A stretch of 63,974 nt of DNA, filler included, from Candidatus Woesearchaeota archaeon (lineage in GTDB: Archaea > Nanobdellota > Nanobdellia > Woesearchaeales > BM511), in assembly GCA_023266675.1 (NCBI GenBank). It is 7 parts of 7 records of this genome, joined end to end, with 100 filler letters (N's around TTAATTAATTAA, not from the genome) between each part and the next. Parts side by side here need not be neighbours in the genome. Positions count along the whole stretch, not along the records: positions 57,001 to 63,974 come from JAHFPP010000064.1; 6 more parts are not named here. One strand, given 5' to 3'. The notes below the pieces were generated by a model that saw nothing but the letters and a program-made list of their open reading frames with translations, made no database searches and was not told the DNA's origin. Shown piece by piece: positions 57,054 through 63,974 of the stretch (the first letter of the stretch is position 1; each line of letters starts with the position of its first letter). The position numbers were made by a program, and so were the translations under genes.

Positions 57054-58352
57054 ATGAATGACACTCGAAGCCTTAACCTTAAAAAATTTGACCCAGAAGT
57101 TGCAAAATTAATTTCTCTAGAAACAAAACGGCAAAAAGAAGGGCTTGTCATGATTGCAAGCGAGAATTACGCGTCAGAAGCGGTTCTTGAAGCGATGGGA
57201 ACAGCGCTTTCAAACAAATACTCAGAAGGCTACCCTGGAAAAAGATATTATTCAGGAAATGAATACATAGACCAGATTGAAACGCTAGCCATTGAGCGCG
57301 CAAAAAAACTTTTTAATGCAGAGCATGCAAATGTTCAACCGCACTCGGGAAGCTCGGCAAATATGCAGGCTTACTTTGCAACTTTAAAACCTGGCGACAA
57401 AATAATGGGGATGAACCTTTCGCAAGGCGGACACCTTACACACGGCTCACCTGTAAATTTCTCAGGGCAAATGTACAAATTCATTCCTTATGGCGTTGAC
57501 GAAAAAACTGAAATGATAGATATGGATGTTGTACGCCGCCTAGCGCTTAAAGAAAGGCCAAAAATGATAGTGACTGGCGCAACAGCTTATCCGCGGGAAT
57601 TTGATTTTAAGGAATTTTCAGAAATAGCGTCTGAGATTGACGCGTACATGCTGGCTGACGTCTCGCATTTTGTAGGACTCTGCCTTGCAGGCGTTCACCA
57701 AAAACCTTTTCCGTACGCTGACATTGTCACAACAACAACTCACAAGACTTTGCGCGGGCCAAGAAGCGCAATGATACTCTCAAAAATCGAGGACAGGTAT
57801 CAGCAAATATATCATAAAGAAAGCAAATTCAATCTTGCGCAAAGAATTGACAGAGCAGTTTTCCCAGGAACACAAGGAGGACCGCTTGACCACGTCACAG
57901 CAGCAATGGCAGTCATGCTAAAAGAAGCAATGGAGCCTGATTTTTTAACTTATCAAAAACAGATACAAAAAAATGCGAAAATTTTAGCTGAAACACTTAT
58001 GCAAAACGGTGTACGGATTGTTTCTGGTGGCACAGACAATCATTTAATGCTTCTTGATTTACGGGCTCACAAAGTAACTGGTCAGCAGGTTCAGGACGCG
58101 CTTGAAAAAGCGATGATTTTCACAAATAAAAATTCAATACCTTATGACACAGCATCACCATTCAACCCATCAGGTCTACGAATAGGAACGCCTGCACTCA
58201 CTTCACGAGGAATGAAAGAATCTGAAATGAAACTTATTGGCGAAATGATTTCAAGAATTATAAAAAATCCTCATGATAATATTTTATTGCATAAATCAAA
58301 AGAAGATGTTTTAGAACTTACAAAAAAATTTCCTGTTTATCCAAATTTATAG
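57054..58352 (+). CDS. glyA: Serine hydroxymethyltransferase (bacterial type)
   Basis: IASEN, NKYSEGYPGKRYY, GGHLTHG, TTTTHKTLRGPR, GGTDNHL. Confidence 0.98.
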   Translation: MNDTRSLNLKKFDPEVAKLISLETKRQKEGLVMIASENYASEAVLEAMGTALSNKYSEGYPGKRYYSGNEYIDQIETLAIERAKKLFNAEHANVQPHSGSSANMQAYFATLKPGDKIMGMNLSQGGHLTHGSPVNFSGQMYKFIPYGVDEKTEMIDMDVVRRLALKERPKMIVTGATAYPREFDFKEFSEIASEIDAYMLADVSHFVGLCLAGVHQKPFPYADIVTTTTHKTLRGPRSAMILSKIEDRYQQIYHKESKFNLAQRIDRAVFPGTQGGPLDHVTAAMAVMLKEAMEPDFLTYQKQIQKNAKILAETLMQNGVRIVSGGTDNHLMLLDLRAHKVTGQQVQDALEKAMIFTNKNSIPYDTASPFNPSGLRIGTPALTSRGMKESEMKLIGEMISRIIKNPHDNILLHKSKEDVLELTKKFPVYPNL

Positions 58353-58422
58353 TAGTTCTTTCGTTATTATATAATGATAACAATAGCAAACTTTATAAAT
58401 AAATTATTTTCTTTAATAACTT

Positions 58423-59091
58423 ATGGGAAGACCGAGAATGTTATATCACTCTACATCACGAGAGTGCTGTGTTACAACAATGGAAAGATTAGATCCTATT
58501 TGGAATATTGAATTAGATATAACCACCAGAATCGAACTTGGCATTAAAAGCTTTTTATGCATGGCAACTGATATTGCCGATAAGGTAAATGAAGGCTTTA
58601 ATATTTTAAATCTAGATATTGATCCTACAAAAGTAGATGAGGAAGAACGATTTTCAGATTTTGCTGATTCATTAATATCTGAATTTCTTAATACAAACAG
58701 AGAATTAGCTAATATGGGTTCTCACAAAAGAAATATAAGGAATCTTAATGAATCTCAATATGGTTTAGCAATAATAGCCGCGTATGGCAGTATAGATGAG
58801 AACGGGGTTGCATCATATTTTATAGGTAAAAAAAGCCATCCTCTTCAAGATTTGGTTTCTGCTTTAGATAATAGTAAACATAATTCTGGAATAGTCATCC
58901 AACTTTATAATCTTGGACCAAAAGTTGTCCGCTCAGAATTTGATTTAGTAACAAACGAAACACCTCTATTCATCAATGAAACACTCGCACCTTTTAAAAT
59001 GCCTGGATATCATATGGTTGGTGATAGTCATCATTATTCTTATGTTCAAAAAGATCCAATTAAAAGTAATCCCTCTCTTGATTATATATAA
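58423..59091 (+). CDS. Hypothetical protein (orphan)
   Basis: 222-aa ORF; TTTATAAA upstream. Confidence 0.65.
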   Translation: MGRPRMLYHSTSRECCVTTMERLDPIWNIELDITTRIELGIKSFLCMATDIADKVNEGFNILNLDIDPTKVDEEERFSDFADSLISEFLNTNRELANMGSHKRNIRNLNESQYGLAIIAAYGSIDENGVASYFIGKKSHPLQDLVSALDNSKHNSGIVIQLYNLGPKVVRSEFDLVTNETPLFINETLAPFKMPGYHMVGDSHHYSYVQKDPIKSNPSLDYI

Positions 59092-59133
59092 AAAGATAAA
59101 TTTTTTAAATAGCTCCCTTTTTCAAATAATAAT

Positions 59134-60072
59134 ATGGACGAAAAAGAGTATGATGTGATAATTGTAGGCGCAGGCGTAGCTGGCCTTTCTGCAGGAATAT
59201 ATGCAGGACGATACAGATTAAAAACGCTTATCCTTGATGAAATGCCAGGCGGTGTTACAAAAACTGCGCATCTTGTTGAAAATTATCCAGGGTTTGAATC
59301 AATAACCGGTGACGAACTTGCAGAAAAATTTAAAAGCCACGCAGAAAAATCAAAGGCAGTCATTGTCAATGAAAATGTCGTTAACATAAAAAAAGAAGAT
59401 GACAAGTTCATTATATCTACAAACCATTTAAATGAATACAAATGCAGTTTTCTACTTATAGCAACCGGCTCAAAAAGAAAAAGACTTGGAATTATGGGCG
59501 AAGACAGGCTTTATGGAAGAGGAATCAGTTACTGTGCAACGTGCGATGCAGCATTCTTCAAGGATAAAATCGCAGCAGTTGTAGGCGGCGGAAACTCCGC
59601 ATCGATGGCAACTGTTTTATTAAGCGAGTACGCAACCAAAGTCTACATGATATACAGAGGGCCTGAACTTAAAGGAGAACCTGTATGGAACCAAAGAGTA
59701 CTAAACAATCCAAAAATTGAAGTCATGTTCAATACAAATGTTACTGAAGCAATGGGTCTAAAAAAACTTGAGAAAATCAAGCTTGACAACGGACGCGAAA
59801 TAGATTTATCCGGATTATTTGTAGAAATAGGAAGCATGCCTGCAGTTGAAATGGCAAGGGTGCTTGGAGTTGAAATAACCGATAAAGGACTCATAAAGGT
59901 AACAGCTGAGCAAAGGACAAATGTTGAAGGAGTTTATGCAGCTGGTGACGTTACAACAGGCTCAGCAGGTTTTCAGCAGATTGTAACAGCTGCATCTGAA
60001 GGCTCAGTGGCAGCATATGATATATTCAAGAAAAAAAATATGAAGTCAAGAACAGTTCAAACTAATCAATAA
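59134..60072 (+). CDS. trxB: Thioredoxin reductase
   Basis: GAGVAG, VENYPG, CATCD, VGGGNSA, AAGDV. Confidence 0.96.
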   Translation: MDEKEYDVIIVGAGVAGLSAGIYAGRYRLKTLILDEMPGGVTKTAHLVENYPGFESITGDELAEKFKSHAEKSKAVIVNENVVNIKKEDDKFIISTNHLNEYKCSFLLIATGSKRKRLGIMGEDRLYGRGISYCATCDAAFFKDKIAAVVGGGNSASMATVLLSEYATKVYMIYRGPELKGEPVWNQRVLNNPKIEVMFNTNVTEAMGLKKLEKIKLDNGREIDLSGLFVEIGSMPAVEMARVLGVEITDKGLIKVTAEQRTNVEGVYAAGDVTTGSAGFQQIVTAASEGSVAAYDIFKKKNMKSRTVQTNQ

Positions 60073-60090
60073 ATCAAAAGGTGAAAAACA

Positions 60091-60414
60091 ATGTTAAACA
60101 TAACAGCAAGCAATATTGATAAGGAAGTAACGAATTCAACAACCCCTGTAATCGTTGATTTCTGGGCTTCATGGTGCGGACCATGCAAACTTTTAGGACC
60201 AGTATTTGAAGAGCTTTCAAATGAGTATACAGGAAAGTTAAAATTTGCAAAATTAAATACCGAGGAAGATGGAGAGCTTGCAGAAAAATTTGACATAAGC
60301 GGCATACCATGCATGGTTGTTTTTAAAAACGGCGAAGAAGTGGACAGGATAGTAGGCTTTGCACCAAAACCAGCGCTAAAACAAAAGATTGACGCAATAA
60401 TGAAGAATATTTAA
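60091..60414 (+). CDS. trxA: Thioredoxin
   Basis: [11 protein letters not shown]. Confidence 0.98.
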   Translation: MLNITASNIDKEVTNSTTPVIVDFWASWCGPCKLLGPVFEELSNEYTGKLKFAKLNTEEDGELAEKFDISGIPCMVVFKNGEEVDRIVGFAPKPALKQKIDAIMKNI

Positions 60415-60570
60415 ATTTTAATTTTTTTAAACTTCTTCTTTTTTTATAATAACTTAAACCAGAAGGCAATTACATAACTATTCTTACAAACTCACCATCT
60501 TTTTGTTCATCTTTTGTTTATCCTTTAGTAACTTATTGTTAAACATAAAGTATTTAAATAAATATCTAAA

Positions 60571-60620
60571 AATACAATATATTGTATTAAAATAATAAAT
60601 TAACCACAATATCTTGTGGT
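60571..60620. promoter_or_regulatory. Tandem NrdR-box-like operators
   Basis: AATACAATATATTGTATT (60571-60588) and ACCACAATATCTTGTGGT (60603-60620), 32 bp apart, downstream of TATA TTTAAATA (60553-60560). Confidence 0.75.
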
Positions 60621-60660
60621 ATTGGCTGTTTATTTAGGAAATAAAGTTAGGTGGTAAAAA

Positions 60661-61494
60661 ATGATAACAAGTTTCATAATAACTTTTAGGGAGATACTTG
60701 AAATATCCCTTATTATCGGAATAATCCTTTCATATCTTATAAAAACAAATCAGGAAGAGCACAATAATGTAGTTTATGTTGCTATTGCATCAGCTGTTCT
60801 TGCAAGCATTATCGGTGCTTATTTGTTTGAATCCCTTGCAGGCGGATTTGAAGGAACAGCCGAACAGATATTCGAAGGAATTTCTATGATTATAGCATCA
60901 TTCATGCTGACTTTTATGATACTTTGGATGCTTAAGCAAAAGCACATAGCAATAGACCTTCATAATAAAATTGACAAGGTAATCATAAAAAAACATAAGA
61001 CAGGATTATTCTTTTTAGTATTTATCTCAATATTAAGAGAAGGAATAGAACTTGTTTTATTTCTGGGCGCAGCAAGTTTCTTGTCAGCTGAAAACAATCT
61101 CTTTGGAGCCATGGCAGGCATGGTAGTTGCAGCGTTATTTGGATACTTCATCTATGTTCTTGGAAAAAGAATAAATTTAAAAATATTTTTCAATGTCACA
61201 AGTGTATTATTAATTTTATTCGCCGCAGGCATGCTTATGAGAAGCATTGGCGAATTCCAGGAAGCAGGAGTACTTCCTAACCCTATAGATCATGTTTGGG
61301 ATTTAAACCCAAATTTAAATGAAGACGGCTCTTATCCATTGTTTCATGAAAAAGGATATATAGGTTCAATAGCAAAAGGCCTTGTTGGATATTCTGCAAG
61401 TCCATCATTACTTCAGGTTATAGCATATATCCTATATTTAATTGTCATATTTATGCTATACAGAAACATTGAAAAGCTGCATAAAGTAATCTAA
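60661..61494 (+). CDS. FTR1/EfeU-family iron permease
   Basis: Two RExxE motifs (REILE, REGIE), EQIFEG, EFQEAG. Confidence 0.93.
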   Translation: MITSFIITFREILEISLIIGIILSYLIKTNQEEHNNVVYVAIASAVLASIIGAYLFESLAGGFEGTAEQIFEGISMIIASFMLTFMILWMLKQKHIAIDLHNKIDKVIIKKHKTGLFFLVFISILREGIELVLFLGAASFLSAENNLFGAMAGMVVAALFGYFIYVLGKRINLKIFFNVTSVLLILFAAGMLMRSIGEFQEAGVLPNPIDHVWDLNPNLNEDGSYPLFHEKGYIGSIAKGLVGYSASPSLLQVIAYILYLIVIFMLYRNIEKLHKVI

Positions 61495-61560
61495 TCTTTA
61501 TCTTTTCTTTTTTTTCTCTGTTAAACATTAACAATAAATATTAATTTTAAATAGTAGCAG

Positions 61561-62811
61561 TTGTTATCCATTAAAATGAGCTCTGAATTTCATGACAAAT
61601 TAATTACTCGTTTAACAACTTACGCAAATGTTGGGACACAGTCTAAGGAAAACTCAGATAAAAGTCCAAGCAGCGACGAGCAGAAAATACTTGGTTTAAA
61701 GCTAAAAGATGAATTAATTAGTTTTGGCTTAGACGTGAACGTGGATGAATATGGGTATGTCTATGGTAAACTAAAAGGAAGTTTAAACAATGTTTCGTCA
61801 ATCGGTTTTGTTTCTCATCTTGACACAGCACCAGGCGTGCCCGCATTTAATATAGAACCAAGAGTGCATAAAGTAAAACAAGGTGTAGACATAATTCTTG
61901 AAGACGATGTTGTAATATCAGCGAAAGACATCATAAATTATGTCGGAGACACAATTATCACTTCAAACGGCAAAACACTTTTAGGCGCTGATGACAAGGC
62001 AGGTGTTAGCGTAATCATGACTGCAATTGAAAAGATATCATCAAGTTTTAAAGGAGATCACGGAGATATCTATGTGATGTTCAACCCTGATGAAGAGATT
62101 GGTGAGGGAACAAAGAATTTTAATCCAAAAAAATTCCCGGTCAAGTTTGCATACACGCTTGACGGCGAAGGCGTCGGTGAAATTGAATGCGAAACGTTTT
62201 ACGCAGCAAAAGCAGTCATCAGCGTAAAAGGAAGAACTGCGCATCCGGGACAGGGAGGATATCAAAAGCTTGTAAATCCTGTGTCAATAGCGTGCGAGTA
62301 TGAAAACGCAATTCCATCAACAGAAAGACCTGAGTCAACAAAAGGGCGGTTTGGATTTTATTACCCCTCAAACATCTCTGGCAATCCTCATCAGGCAACG
62401 CTTGAAATCTCAATAAGGGACTTTGAAAAAGATGGGCTTACACGAAGAAAAACATTCTTAACAAAACTCGCAGAAGTTCACAATAACACTTATGGGACTG
62501 GCACAGTCACTTTGCAGATAACTGACCAGTACCCAAATATGAAGTCAGAGCTTGACAGGAATCCTGACGCGCTTAATATTGCAATTCTGGCAATGAAAAA
62601 TTCAGGGGTGGAAAAACCAAGTTTTCCATCAATAAGGGGAGGCACTGACGGCGCGATGCTCACAGTCAAGTATGGAATACCGACGCCAAACATCTCTGCA
62701 GGAATGCATAACATCCACTCTGTCAAGGAATTTGCATCAGTAAACGAGATGACTGTTGCAGTAAATTTCATATTAAACACAGTGAAAATAATTTCAGAAA
62801 AATACAATTAA
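61561..62811 (+). CDS. pepT: Peptidase T (M20B tripeptidase; probable ATG 61576)
   Basis: SHLDT, LGADDKAG, PDEEIG, AYTLDG, IRGGTDG, HNIHS..EF. Confidence 0.95.
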   Translation: MLSIKMSSEFHDKLITRLTTYANVGTQSKENSDKSPSSDEQKILGLKLKDELISFGLDVNVDEYGYVYGKLKGSLNNVSSIGFVSHLDTAPGVPAFNIEPRVHKVKQGVDIILEDDVVISAKDIINYVGDTIITSNGKTLLGADDKAGVSVIMTAIEKISSSFKGDHGDIYVMFNPDEEIGEGTKNFNPKKFPVKFAYTLDGEGVGEIECETFYAAKAVISVKGRTAHPGQGGYQKLVNPVSIACEYENAIPSTERPESTKGRFGFYYPSNISGNPHQATLEISIRDFEKDGLTRRKTFLTKLAEVHNNTYGTGTVTLQITDQYPNMKSELDRNPDALNIAILAMKNSGVEKPSFPSIRGGTDGAMLTVKYGIPTPNISAGMHNIHSVKEFASVNEMTVAVNFILNTVKIISEKYN

Positions 62812-63830
62812 CTCTTAGCTCTCATTCTTGCTTTTGTTTTTACAAGTAGTCCGTGGCAGAATCTGCACTTGTCGCAGTCATCGTCGCACGTGCTTAGCAT
62901 TTCAAAGAAAGGTACATTATTTAGCGCTTTGTTGTCAATGTACTCAAAAACTCCCTCTATGTAAGCGGTGTTAAGTATATCAACAAGATTACCGTCGTAC
63001 TCCTGTGCAATGTATGCAATGAGCGTTTTTTCTATTCTGTCGGTTTCAAAATTTCTAGTTGAGAGCTTGAAAATGTCTGTTACGCCTTCATATCTTTTTA
63101 TGTCTTCAGGCCTTATAAACGGGCTTGAGAAAACTTTGTGAGGATGCTTTCCAACAGTTGAGACGCAGAGTGTGTCCATCTCATTTGTGGCATTTTTTAC
63201 CCTGTCAAACTTTTTCCCAAAAGGCAAAATCGGTTTTTCCTCGACGTTTGCAGAGAGCATGTTGTAATGCGCGTATTTGTATATGCAGTTTTTTATGCAT
63301 CCCTCGTTTGCAAGCACTCTTAGCGGCAAAACCTCAGCTAGTTTTTTTAACACAGGTATATCCCTTATTGTTTCGCGGTCTGATGTCATTCTTGAAACGC
63401 CGATTTCCTTGAAATATTTTGCTTCCTGGACTTTTTGTATTCTGCAAAGCGTTGACGCTTCAATGAACATATTTGGAATATCTTTTTTTATCTGAGTGAT
63501 AAGATAAGGGTCAGTTACTGTGACGTGCGCTAGCGATGCTTTCTTATGCAAGTCCTTTGTATATTCAATTACGCTATCAATCTGTGATGATGCCACGATT
63601 GTTGAATTAAGTATCATATAGGGTGTAATTCCTAATTCATTGCATTTTTTTATGAGACTTATTATATCATTCTTGTAGCTTTGTGGCTCGTCAATTATTC
63701 TCCCTGAGCCAAGAAGCTTTTTTGGAGGCGGGAAATAAACAGATTCGATATGCTCCTTGTACTTCTCAATTAATCCTACAAAATTATCGTAGTCAAAATT
63801 GTACCCAACTGAATACTTTGGTTTAAACAT
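62808..63830 (-). CDS. U32 'peptidase' family protein (putative Fe-S hydroxylase)
   Basis: VTVTDPYLI, ASTL, DRE..RD, LANEGC...C, FKLSTR; C-terminal C-x3-C-x2-C-x2-C cluster. Confidence 0.8.
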   Translation of the reverse strand: MFKPKYSVGYNFDYDNFVGLIEKYKEHIESVYFPPPKKLLGSGRIIDEPQSYKNDIISLIKKCNELGITPYMILNSTIVASSQIDSVIEYTKDLHKKASLAHVTVTDPYLITQIKKDIPNMFIEASTLCRIQKVQEAKYFKEIGVSRMTSDRETIRDIPVLKKLAEVLPLRVLANEGCIKNCIYKYAHYNMLSANVEEKPILPFGKKFDRVKNATNEMDTLCVSTVGKHPHKVFSSPFIRPEDIKRYEGVTDIFKLSTRNFETDRIEKTLIAYIAQEYDGNLVDILNTAYIEGVFEYIDNKALNNVPFFEMLSTCDDDCDKCRFCHGLLVKTKARMRAKS

Positions 63831-63857
63831 AAAATAAAAAATAAAGAAATGAGTTTA

Positions 63858-63974
63858 TTAAAGTTTTGTTAAACCTGATTTCATCTCAGCCAGTCCATAA
63901 ATTGTTCTTTTTGTCATGTCAAAACCCATGCATCCGTCTGTCACTGACTTTCCAAGTATGTACGGGTCTCCATT
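63858..63974 (-). CDS. C-terminus of a class I-alpha DAHP synthase (partial, window edge)
   Basis: Manual translation NGDPYILGKSVTDGCMGFDMTKRTIYGLAE..* resembles the AroF/G/H motif G(K/Q)S(I/V)TD(A/G)C(I/M)G(W/F). Confidence 0.75.
   Translation of the reverse strand, partial: NGDPYILGKSVTDGCMGFDMTKRTIYGLAEMKSGLTKL

Noticed and set aside
1..63974. CRISPR array, rRNA genes, IS transposases, inteins
   Set aside because: No regularly spaced repeats, rRNA-like segments, transposase motifs or intein insertions were seen by eye

Overview
Genomic DNA of an AT-rich archaeon, most likely DPANN (Woesearchaeota-like), inferred from split Rpo2 (B''/B'), Rpo5, TFS, uL1/uL10/P1-P2, type II Map, archaeal TATA promoters and archaeal tRNAs. 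The window is seven ~7-10 kb contigs joined by artificial 100-nt linkers (N-run + TTAATTAATTAA + N-run), so adjacency across linkers is not biological. It contains housekeeping genes, many bacterial-type enzymes (long Rel, Pol II-like PolB, TGT, PurB, GlyA, PepT, Cfa-like), surface proteins, a RelE TA pair and many orphan ORFs. The strongest leads are: (1) a coupled Cfa-like methyltransferase + BfaA/TmpA-like FAD reductase operon (methyl-branched fatty acid synthesis) in an archaeal bin; (2) a two-intron tRNA-Tyr overlapped antisense by a free-standing LAGLIDADG endonuclease whose stop codon lies inside the non-canonical intron; (3) NrdR-box-like operators shared by a stand-alone NrdD glycyl-radical tail protein and an FTR1 iron permease; (4) a multidomain Rel enzyme on the RNA polymerase contig, together with a near-identical C-rich promoter at the tRNA/RNAP locus and the r-protein operon; (5) a TIR + PD-(D/E)XK nuclease + multi-TM candidate defence cassette. 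All family calls are from motif recognition by eye; no searches were run.
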